Origin: an uncultured Victivallis sp.
Lineage (GTDB): Bacteria > Verrucomicrobiota > Lentisphaeria > Victivallales > GWF2-50-93
Length of the DNA: 64,000 nucleotides
Reading direction: 5' to 3'
Assembly (NCBI GenBank): GCA_964600895.1
Contig: CAZRKP010000019.1
Location: 10,730 to 74,729 of the forward strand
Both the position numbers and the translations under genes were made by a program. This document shows positions 25,774-34,449 of the stretch, one piece after another; positions within the stretch are counted from its first letter, which is position 1; each line of letters opens with the position of its first letter. The notes under the pieces were generated by a model. The model searched no databases. It saw nothing but the letters and a program-made list of their open reading frames with translations, and was not told the DNA's origin.

Positions 25774-26766
25774 TTATTTCCTATCTTGTTTTTCGATTGA
25801 TTCCTGGCAGGCTTTGAGGACTTTGAGGACATTCAGCCCTTCCTTGCCGGATGTTAAAGGTTCCTTGCCGGTTTCAACGGCATTCAGGAATGCGCTGCAT
25901 TCAGCCTTAAGGGGCTCCTCCCAGATATCTGATATCTTGACGAATTCCGGTTCGGCCTTCTGCGGAACAGGGACGCTGTTCTTCCATTCGATCTTGTGAT
26001 GGTAGATGATGAGCTTTTCGTCGGTCGGCCTGGTGTCTTCAAATACAAGCATCCCTTCCGAGCCGGTGACAACGAGACGCTGTTCCTTGAACGGATTGAG
26101 CCAGCTCACGAATATGTGTGCTCCGAGTCCGGAAGGGAACTTCAGGCTTGTCATGGTGATGTCGGCAACTCCAGGACTGAGGAAATAATTACCTATGCAG
26201 TCGATGTATGAAGGATCCTCTCCGGTCATTCCGAGGATCAGGGAAATATCATGCGGCGCAAATGACCAGAGTATGTTTTCTTCTGTTCGGATTTTACCGA
26301 GATTAAGCCTGTTGGAATAAATATATTGAAGCTTACCGATGATCCCATCCGCGATGATCTTCTTCATTTTTATCACTGCCGGATGATAATGGAGGATATG
26401 TCCGACAAAAAGTATTTTTTTCTTCGAATCCGCCAACTTGATCAGTTCTTCTGCTTCTTCGACATTCAATGAAAGAGGTTTTTCAACGAAAACATTCTTT
26501 CCGGCCTTAAGTGCAGCAGAAGCATGCTTGAAATGCATTATGGCTGGAGATGCGATGAATACTGATTTAATTTCCGGATCAGCAAGAACGGAATCAATCC
26601 TGTTCGTGAAGGTTGAAGCTGGATATTGCTTGCTAAGGTTGGTTTTAACGTTCTCGGAGGAATCACAGATGGTCTTGAGAGCCCCAAGGTCGTTGAGGCT
26701 TCTTGCTATATTCTTTCCCCAGTAGCCGGCGCCAATTAATGCGGAATCAAAATTTGCTGGTTTCAT
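25774..26766 (-). CDS. Gfo/Idh/MocA-family NAD-dependent oxidoreductase (WbpB-like)
   Basis: 330 aa. N-terminal Rossmann LIGAGYWGKN. Sits in the position and order oxidoreductase, acetyltransferase, aminotransferase. Confidence 0.85.
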   Translation of the reverse strand: MKPANFDSALIGAGYWGKNIARSLNDLGALKTICDSSENVKTNLSKQYPASTFTNRIDSVLADPEIKSVFIASPAIMHFKHASAALKAGKNVFVEKPLSLNVEEAEELIKLADSKKKILFVGHILHYHPAVIKMKKIIADGIIGKLQYIYSNRLNLGKIRTEENILWSFAPHDISLILGMTGEDPSYIDCIGNYFLSPGVADITMTSLKFPSGLGAHIFVSWLNPFKEQRLVVTGSEGMLVFEDTRPTDEKLIIYHHKIEWKNSVPVPQKAEPEFVKISDIWEEPLKAECSAFLNAVETGKEPLTSGKEGLNVLKVLKACQESIEKQDRK

Positions 26767-26858
26767 AATTACAACTCATGACATTGTTGTTAAAAATAAT
26801 AATATTATACAATAAAGCTAATAATTAAGACAATTAAGATAAATTACAGGAAATAATA

Positions 26859-27968
26859 CTATATGCGATTGAGAATAGTTCCAAAAAGATTGTAATAAAG
26901 AGGCATTATTTTATCCCATTTAAACTGATTTATCCTGTTATCTTTATTGAAGTGACAGATTTTGTTTCTCAGATTGGGGTTGTCAGCCAAATTAATAAGC
27001 ATTTTTGAAACAATCATTGCATCTCTTTCTGGTGGTATAATGCACTCGAGATGAGGATTGTCGTTTCCCAAAATATCTAATACACCTCCTATATTCATTG
27101 CAATGGGTGTGCAACCAGAATCAATAGCTTCCAATAAAACATTAGGCATACCTTCATAGATTGATGAAAGGAAGAAAATGTCAGCACACGGAAGTAATTT
27201 TCTTGCATAAGGTACTTCTCCTGTTAGCACAATATTATCAGAAAGGCCAAGTTCTTTGATCTTATTTTTTACTCCTAAACCACCGCTGCCTATCAATATT
27301 GCCTTTAAATCCCTTTTTATTTTGCAGGCAGAGCTGAATACATCAACAAAAAAAGAAAAATCCTTTTCAGGAGTATTTCTACCTGCACCAGCTACTAAGA
27401 TCTCATCATCCCTGATCCCAAATTGTTTTCTAAGTTCTGATTTTCCTAAAGAACATTCTTTTTCAGGCTCAAAGATATTGCTGATAACGTTTACCTTTTC
27501 AGGAGTTATGCCTTGATCAATAAGTTCCTTTTGGATCATGGTTGAATTAACAACGAAATAAGGAGGGGATAGGGATTTTTTCAAATGGAAGATGGTAAGT
27601 TCACTTTTTGCCATTGAAAACTGGCCACGAAGAGAGCCTATGAATTTTCTTCTAAAAGAAAATGAGTAATAGGCGTTTGTATGGAAACTCCAGGAGAAGA
27701 TAAGGTCTGGTTGGATGGCACAAAGTATGGATACATATCTTGCGATTTTAAAGGGTTTAGGGCCTGAGCCAAGGAAATGAATATTTATTTGAAGTTCATT
27801 ATGAATTATATCCTGCCATTTAGCACCTGTATCGGCAGTGCTCACTACTACTACAGGGATATATTTGCTGCGATCAAGATACTTCAGGAAAAGATATAGT
27901 TGTTTCTCTGTTCCTCCGTTACCGAATTGTCCAACAAGGCATAGAATTATGATTTTCTTTTCTATCAT
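26859..27968 (-). CDS. GT4-family glycosyltransferase
   Basis: 369 aa with a GT-B fold pattern. SSIYEGMPNVLLEAIDSGCTPIA block. Its start overlaps the upstream AsnB stop by 1 nt (TAATG). Confidence 0.8.
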   Translation of the reverse strand: MIEKKIIILCLVGQFGNGGTEKQLYLFLKYLDRSKYIPVVVVSTADTGAKWQDIIHNELQINIHFLGSGPKPFKIARYVSILCAIQPDLIFSWSFHTNAYYSFSFRRKFIGSLRGQFSMAKSELTIFHLKKSLSPPYFVVNSTMIQKELIDQGITPEKVNVISNIFEPEKECSLGKSELRKQFGIRDDEILVAGAGRNTPEKDFSFFVDVFSSACKIKRDLKAILIGSGGLGVKNKIKELGLSDNIVLTGEVPYARKLLPCADIFFLSSIYEGMPNVLLEAIDSGCTPIAMNIGGVLDILGNDNPHLECIIPPERDAMIVSKMLINLADNPNLRNKICHFNKDNRINQFKWDKIMPLYYNLFGTILNRI

Positions 27969-29881
27969 TACAACTCAGGATTAAATTTCTTGAACCATAA
28001 TTGAATTCCACAGAGCATGAAGATTCTCTGGTATATTTGATATCTACTCAAGGTGTCATAGTCACTAGAGCTTATGCTTGAAAACTTCTCAAAAAGATCA
28101 AGTAATGATTTTCTATTATTGAAAATATTCCAGATGCCAACTCCGTCAGGAGTTGAAAAGAGAAGTTCCTTTATGTAGGCGTTCATTGGTCCCTTACACC
28201 ATGAATCGAAGGGTATCCCGAATCCTTGCTTTGCCTTAACTCCAATTTGTGATGATAAATTCTTCTTTACTATCTCTCTTAGGAGATACTTACATGTCTT
28301 CGATCTGATCTTAAAATTTAATGGAAGAGCTGATGCAAAATCAATTACTTCATTATCAAGGAATGGCACCCTGACTTCAAGACCATGCGCAGAGCTTGCA
28401 ATATCTACCTTCCTAAGGTAGTCCATATGAAGGTTTAAATTAAATTCCAATCCCATAAAGATAGTTTCTATACCATGCCCATGGTCTTCTGGCATAAACG
28501 AGTTCATCCTTGTCCAAGTTGGACAATCATCAGTAGAACGTAGGAAAGATTCACTGCATAAATTGATCTTGTCCTCTTCTGTGAAATATGTGTGTAGCAA
28601 GCAGAAAAGCTCAGGGAGCTCTACATTTGAAAAGGCAATTGCCTTTCTATACTTTCTTGTTTTTTCAATTCCAATAAGGCGATTGTTCAAAGAAAGAATG
28701 CGTGATAGAAGGCTTTTCAATGGAAGTTTTTTAAGCTTGTAGATAGCAGAAGCATGTCTAATACGTTCATAACCACCAAATAGCTCATCACCGCCATCTC
28801 CGGATATGACGGTCTTGACATGTTTTCTCATTTCAGCGCTCAGTAGATATGTAGGAAGACAGGAACTGTCTCCAAAAGGTTCATCGTATTGAGCTAATAT
28901 ATTTTCAAAAATATCAGGAGAACCAGTAATTAATTCAAGAGTATGATGATTTGTCCCACAAATTCTGGAAACTAGCTGTGCATATTTTGACTCATCATAT
29001 TCAGTTTCAGTAAACTTTACATTGTATGTGTTGAGATTTTCAACAATACCTCTTTGTTTAAGAAGAAAGACCAGAAGTGACGAGTCTATTCCGCCGGAAA
29101 GATAGGAGCCAATTGGTACATCTGAACGCACATGGTATTTCAAGGATTTGCTTAAAATGTCCATCGCCTTTTCCTCAGCATCTTTTTCTGAAATATCATT
29201 TACGCAGGATCCCCATTTCCAATACCTATGAAGTTCTGGATTTCCATCTTCTTTTACAATTGCATAATGTGCTGGGGGGAAATTAATTATATCTTTCCAG
29301 CACGTCCTCGGAGGAATGGGAAATCCTAGTGTCAGGTAGTCATTCAATCCAGTGCAATCTGCTTTTTTAGAAATATCAGGGATATGGAGAAGGGCCTTTA
29401 TTTCCGATGCAAAAAAGAAACTTCTATCCTTCTTGGCCCAATAAAGTGGTTTTATCCCACACCTGTCTCTGGCGAGATATAGAACGTTTTCCTTTTTGTC
29501 ATAAACTGCGAAGGCAAACATTCCCCTGAACTTTTTTACGGATTCATCTATGTGCCAGATTCTGATGCTCTCAGCAATAACTTCAGTGTCGGAATTGGTC
29601 TTAAATGTCGAACCAAGCCGTTCGAGTTCCTGGCGTAGTTCAATATAGTTGTAGATTTCCCCGTTGAACACGGTCACATAACGTTCATCTGAAGAATGCA
29701 TAGGCTGAGCGCCTGTATTCAGATCAATTATTGCAAGCCTTCGGTGTGCAAGTCCAACGCCATTTTCAATGAAAATACCCTCACCATCAGGACCCCTGTG
29801 GGAAAGAGAATTGTTCATCCTATCAAGGATGGAGCTGTTTTCTGAATTGTTATATTTAAAAAAACCGCTTATCCCACACAT
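27968..29881 (-). CDS. Asparagine synthase family amidotransferase, paralogue 2
   Basis: Start set at ATG 29881 so the protein begins MCGISGFF (Cys-2). The track start at 29920 adds 13 aa and overlaps the upstream GT. PP-loop YLSGGIDSS. Confidence 0.9.
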   Translation of the reverse strand: MCGISGFFKYNNSENSSILDRMNNSLSHRGPDGEGIFIENGVGLAHRRLAIIDLNTGAQPMHSSDERYVTVFNGEIYNYIELRQELERLGSTFKTNSDTEVIAESIRIWHIDESVKKFRGMFAFAVYDKKENVLYLARDRCGIKPLYWAKKDRSFFFASEIKALLHIPDISKKADCTGLNDYLTLGFPIPPRTCWKDIINFPPAHYAIVKEDGNPELHRYWKWGSCVNDISEKDAEEKAMDILSKSLKYHVRSDVPIGSYLSGGIDSSLLVFLLKQRGIVENLNTYNVKFTETEYDESKYAQLVSRICGTNHHTLELITGSPDIFENILAQYDEPFGDSSCLPTYLLSAEMRKHVKTVISGDGGDELFGGYERIRHASAIYKLKKLPLKSLLSRILSLNNRLIGIEKTRKYRKAIAFSNVELPELFCLLHTYFTEEDKINLCSESFLRSTDDCPTWTRMNSFMPEDHGHGIETIFMGLEFNLNLHMDYLRKVDIASSAHGLEVRVPFLDNEVIDFASALPLNFKIRSKTCKYLLREIVKKNLSSQIGVKAKQGFGIPFDSWCKGPMNAYIKELLFSTPDGVGIWNIFNNRKSLLDLFEKFSSISSSDYDTLSRYQIYQRIFMLCGIQLWFKKFNPEL

Positions 29882-29882
29882 T

Positions 29883-31076
29883 TCAGGAATGTCCTTTTGA
29901 AATTTTGTTGTATAGGCCAATATACTTTCCAGTCACAATATTCCAGTCATACAATTCCTTTACCTGATTAAGTGAATTTTCAGAAAGATTGCTGCGGAGC
30001 ACATTGTCGCCATGAAGTGAAAATATCATATCTGCAAGAGATTCTGAATTACCGGACTGGACCTTTATACCATTTAGACCTTCAATTATCACGTCCCGGA
30101 CTCCAGGCGTATCGGTTGTAATTATGGGAAGCCCAGCTGCCATCGCTTCTACAAGCACCATTCCAAAGGTTTCGATAAGAGTGGGAAGTACAAAAAGATC
30201 CGATGCACAGTAAAGTTCAATCAGTTCAGAAGAAGGTAATGATAAGATTTCTCCTCCGGAGCATGCCATATTTTCGAAACACCTGATCTCTCCGGGGCAT
30301 GCTGGGAACTTTTTAATTATTTCAGAAGTATTTTTTCCGACGACTACCCATTGGAAATTCAGTTTTTTGCTTCTGAGAATTTTGGCCGTTTGAGGTATCA
30401 AATCAAAGCCCTTCTTAGGATGGTACCTGCCGACAGTTAGTATTAGCAGTATATTTTCATCAAGACCGAGTTTCCTTCTTACAGTTTTCCTATCAAAAGA
30501 TAATCTTTTAACTGCGAACTTCTCAGTATCAACACCATTTGGGATTATATGGATTTTTTTTTCAGGAATGCCTAATTTTAAATATTCATCTTTGACGGAT
30601 GGGGTTAGGGCGACAAAACCGTCGAATAATGGGTATTTTTCAATTACAAACCTGTTTATTTTCTCATCCAATCTGTATCCATAGCCGATCTCCGGATATT
30701 TCTGGATGTCTTCGCCACAACAGCGGAGTATGCATGGAATCCTATTCTTCTTGAAGAAATCAACGGCATATATTCCCAGGGGATAGCCCATTGTAACCTG
30801 CCAGAGATCAAATTTCCTTTCTTTCTGGAGTGATGATAAAATATGCCATAGGACATGCTTCCCGATGAGGGGGTATCTCCCTAGAAGGCCACAGAGTCTG
30901 CTGAAAATATGAATGGTCTCATAATTTGTTGTTGGTTCTGTTGCTGGGGCAGGGGTAGTGCATATCACTGTCGCGCTATGACCTGCCTTAGATAGGCTCT
31001 CACAGACATTGTGTACGCATATCTCCGCTCCACCTAGATAGGGGTAAAACTGAGCGATAAGATGCGCTATCTTCAT
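29883..31076 (-). CDS. GT4-family glycosyltransferase
   Basis: 397 aa. MKIAHLIAQFYPYLGGAEICVHNV, ETFGMVLVEAMAAGLPIITTD. Contains a 9-nt homopolymer (30554-30562). Confidence 0.85.
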   Translation of the reverse strand: MKIAHLIAQFYPYLGGAEICVHNVCESLSKAGHSATVICTTPAPATEPTTNYETIHIFSRLCGLLGRYPLIGKHVLWHILSSLQKERKFDLWQVTMGYPLGIYAVDFFKKNRIPCILRCCGEDIQKYPEIGYGYRLDEKINRFVIEKYPLFDGFVALTPSVKDEYLKLGIPEKKIHIIPNGVDTEKFAVKRLSFDRKTVRRKLGLDENILLILTVGRYHPKKGFDLIPQTAKILRSKKLNFQWVVVGKNTSEIIKKFPACPGEIRCFENMACSGGEILSLPSSELIELYCASDLFVLPTLIETFGMVLVEAMAAGLPIITTDTPGVRDVIIEGLNGIKVQSGNSESLADMIFSLHGDNVLRSNLSENSLNQVKELYDWNIVTGKYIGLYNKISKGHS

Positions 31077-32611
31077 CAGTCAACTCTCTTCAGGATTAAG
31101 TTTCGAAACATGATATTTCCTTTGAAACTGCCACGGATGGTGATGAGCATCTTACCGTTCTCAGATAATGGTTTTTCTTCAGTCATGGATTTTTTCTTCC
31201 ACTTTCCGGAATCCTTGATCCCCTCAATGGTGTTGAGGCATACGGTCCTTCTTGTGGTGTCCTCAAGTATCTGTTCGAATAGGATCTCCAGGTTTCCTGC
31301 CGGAGAATTCCCAGTCATCATGTTATATGTAACTGCAAATCTCATACCTTTGAATGCTGGAATGGCCTTTGAGCTTATTGAAATTTCCTCCTGGCATGAT
31401 GAACTGAGCTTTAGTGTGTTCTGACCATCGAATTTTTCAACAGATATTTTCTGTGCTTCAGGATCATCGAGCTGGATCATCCATTCCTTAAGAGGGGTTA
31501 ACTTTGAAACAGCCGTCTGCATGAGTGGAAAATCAATCATGAGTTCACCTTTTGGCGGAATTGCAGTATTTGAATAAGAAAGGCCGCCATAAGTAGTTTT
31601 CTGCAGCTTGCTTATCTCTCTAGTGGCATCAGCAAGGTTTCTCTTTGTCTTTTCGGCATCTTTCCTGGCTTTTTCAGCTGCGTTCTTTTCGGATGAGTAG
31701 CAGAAGACAAGGATAAAAAGAAATGCTGCGGTAATCACGAGCATGACAAGCAGGATCAGCCTTGTTTTTCTGAGCTTAGCGACCGTTTTTTGGAGGTCTG
31801 CCGTCTCTGAGCCGGCCTTGACGGTCCTGTCTTCGCTCATCCTGTGGAAATCTATGAGCTCCCTGATGGGGCGAGGCGCCTGCTTGTGGTATATATCTAT
31901 GAAATAACTCGGAGCTGACGGGATTCCGGATTTCCTGAGTTCACTAATGTATTCCTCAATATCGAAAGCGACTTTCCTGAAGAGAACATCTTTTTTATCT
32001 GTGTCATATATGCAGTAGGAAGCGCGAGTATCGTTGTCGCGAGGTTGTCCCACAGAGCCTACGTTGACAATATATCTTTTTTCATCCTCAATGCCGAAAT
32101 CAATCGGATCTAGCCAGTGGGCAACTTTCCTGTCCCCCATGACAAAGATACCGGGAACATGGCTGTGTCCCGAGAAAAGAACTTGTTCCGAACATGACTT
32201 GAAGGAGTCCTCGGCGTCGACCGGATCGAAAATGTATCCAAATCTTCCGGGATTTGCGAATTCCGCATGTGCACACCGCATGTTTCCACCCTTTGCGTCC
32301 AAGGGAAGCGAACTGAAGAACTTTGCGGCCTTCCTGTCAAGGGATAAAAAGGTCCATTCAAGGGCTCTCCTAGCGTTTTCATTAAAGCATTCAGGGGATA
32401 TCTTACCGGCGATTACCGCATCGTGGTTGCCCAGGACGAAGAAATGGATCTTGGAATATGCCATTTCCAAAACTTCAGCAGGATTTGGTCCATATCCGAC
32501 GACGTCGCCGAGGCAGACTATCTTGTCAACGTCATTGCTGGCAATATCAGCTATCACGGCCTTGAATGCTGACCTGTTCGCGTGAAGATCGGAAACGATA
32601 GCGTAGCGCAT
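31076..32611 (-). CDS. Membrane-anchored metallophosphoesterase (calcineurin-like) with a C-terminal domain of unknown function
   Basis: 511 aa. Phosphoesterase motifs VSDLHAN, GDVVGYG, GNHD, GHSH in the first about 250 aa. TM helix LILLVMLVITAAFLFILVFCY. Then about 210 aa of unknown extracytoplasmic sequence. TGATG overlap with the downstream GT. Confidence 0.8.
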   Translation of the reverse strand: MRYAIVSDLHANRSAFKAVIADIASNDVDKIVCLGDVVGYGPNPAEVLEMAYSKIHFFVLGNHDAVIAGKISPECFNENARRALEWTFLSLDRKAAKFFSSLPLDAKGGNMRCAHAEFANPGRFGYIFDPVDAEDSFKSCSEQVLFSGHSHVPGIFVMGDRKVAHWLDPIDFGIEDEKRYIVNVGSVGQPRDNDTRASYCIYDTDKKDVLFRKVAFDIEEYISELRKSGIPSAPSYFIDIYHKQAPRPIRELIDFHRMSEDRTVKAGSETADLQKTVAKLRKTRLILLVMLVITAAFLFILVFCYSSEKNAAEKARKDAEKTKRNLADATREISKLQKTTYGGLSYSNTAIPPKGELMIDFPLMQTAVSKLTPLKEWMIQLDDPEAQKISVEKFDGQNTLKLSSSCQEEISISSKAIPAFKGMRFAVTYNMMTGNSPAGNLEILFEQILEDTTRRTVCLNTIEGIKDSGKWKKKSMTEEKPLSENGKMLITIRGSFKGNIMFRNLILKRVD

Positions 32612-32634
32612 ATGATATGAATCAGATAGAAGAA

Positions 32635-34398
32635 CTATTTCCTTGTGATTAGGTAGTCTCCTACAACCAGCACATCCAGTTCGGAATTCAGGTACACATC
32701 AATTGCATCGCATGCACCGAGGACTATAGGATAGCCATGAAGGTTGAAGGAGGTGTTGAGCACAGTAGGGATACCTGTCTTCTGGTAGAACTTGGAGATG
32801 ATATCGTAAAACTCGGGATATATCTTCGGATTAACTGTCTGTGCACGGGCTGTCTTGTCAGCCTGATGGATCCCGGCGACAATCTTGTCATACATCGCAG
32901 GTTTCACATTGAACGTAAACATCATGTAGGGGGAGTATGATTCCCTGAGCGATTTCGGGACGTCTATTACAAGATCAAGCTTGTCTTCCAGGGAAGCAGG
33001 AGCGAATGGCATCCAGAAGTCGCGTTTCTTGATTGCTGCATTAATCTTGTTGATGATCCTCATGTCGTCAGGTGATGCGAGGATTGATCTGTTTCCAAGT
33101 GCTCTGGCACCGAACTCCATCTTTCCCGAGCATCTTGCCACTATTTTTCTGGAAGTTAGGAGTTCAACGACTTTCTCATTGATATTTATGATCTTTTCAA
33201 AATGGACCTTGTCCTTGTATTTTTCTCTGGCTTCTTCTATATCGAAAGTGGCTTCGGTGCCTATACAGCAACCTTCGAACTCGATTTCTGGAGAATTCTT
33301 CCCCCTCAACTTCTGGTAACCAAGGAATGCTGCACCAAAAGCATTGGACTCGTCTCCACATGACGGGAAGGCATTCACAAATTCAACTTCAGGAATCTCG
33401 GAGATGAGTTTGTTAGCCTTTACATTCATGAAGAATCCACCAGTCAATAGGACTTTCCTTATCCCGGTCTTCTGGATTCCAGCCTTTATCCATTTTATAG
33501 CAACTTCCTCTGAGAGGAGCTGAAGGCCTGCGGACAAGGTGTCGAAACGGACACCAAGGACTGATTTGTAAAGGTCATGGATTAGTTGTTGCTTCTGTGG
33601 GCTTCCAGAGTTCCTGATATTCGGATATTTCGAAGTGTTTGTAAACACTAAGGGATTTTTTTCGTCAAAGCCGATAAATTGATAGAGCAGATCTTTTGCT
33701 ATATCAGCGTATTTGGGCTGAGCATAAGGCGCGAGCCCCATAAGCTTGTATTCATGTTCATGGGGCATGAAGCCCATGATGTAGGTAATATGGGCATATA
33801 GGCATGCGGGGGAAAATGAGTCAGAGGATGCAATTGTCTCAAGCCTGTTATCGTATCCGATATAAACGGCACTAGTCATCCCGTCCCCGCCGCCATCTAA
33901 AGAGAAAACCAAATATTTGTCCTTCCTTTTTGTTGCAAGCCCGTAATAGGCTGATGCTGCGTGGCATAGATGATGATCATAACGCTCATGTTTTTGACAC
34001 AGTTTGCCTTTCTCAAGATAGTCCTCTAAGTTCATAGTTTTTTCATTTTTTCCGCCACGTGTAAATTTTGAAATACCTTTCTGAGCTAACGTCATAAAGG
34101 TGTTTTTCCCTTCTCCAAACCACTTTTTCTTTATCTTCCCATATCTCTCATGGAATTTATTGAGATCTTCGTTCCTGTTTTGTGGGATCTTGGAGCTTTT
34201 ACCAGCTACGCAGACCTTATCAACTTGGTCAAGCGTAATCCCACCAGCATCAAGGGCGGCTTTTATTGATAGAGAAGGGAATCCAGGCTGATTCTTTATC
34301 TTGGATAGGCGTTCCTCCTGAATGGCGAATATCACTTTGTTGTCTTTCATTAGGACAGCAGATGAATTAAGTCCTATATTTATTCCTAAAATATACAT
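32635..34398 (-). CDS. NodU/CmcH-type carbamoyltransferase
   Basis: 587 aa. MYILGINIGLNSSAVLMKDNKVIFAIQEERLSKIKN, HHLCHAASAYYG, NTSFNLHGYPIV. Confidence 0.9.
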   Translation of the reverse strand: MYILGINIGLNSSAVLMKDNKVIFAIQEERLSKIKNQPGFPSLSIKAALDAGGITLDQVDKVCVAGKSSKIPQNRNEDLNKFHERYGKIKKKWFGEGKNTFMTLAQKGISKFTRGGKNEKTMNLEDYLEKGKLCQKHERYDHHLCHAASAYYGLATKRKDKYLVFSLDGGGDGMTSAVYIGYDNRLETIASSDSFSPACLYAHITYIMGFMPHEHEYKLMGLAPYAQPKYADIAKDLLYQFIGFDEKNPLVFTNTSKYPNIRNSGSPQKQQLIHDLYKSVLGVRFDTLSAGLQLLSEEVAIKWIKAGIQKTGIRKVLLTGGFFMNVKANKLISEIPEVEFVNAFPSCGDESNAFGAAFLGYQKLRGKNSPEIEFEGCCIGTEATFDIEEAREKYKDKVHFEKIININEKVVELLTSRKIVARCSGKMEFGARALGNRSILASPDDMRIINKINAAIKKRDFWMPFAPASLEDKLDLVIDVPKSLRESYSPYMMFTFNVKPAMYDKIVAGIHQADKTARAQTVNPKIYPEFYDIISKFYQKTGIPTVLNTSFNLHGYPIVLGACDAIDVYLNSELDVLVVGDYLITRK

Positions 34399-34449
34399 GT
34401 TTTTAGATTTCCTTTTTTTAAATTAATCTAATATTAAAATTAGAAAGCT

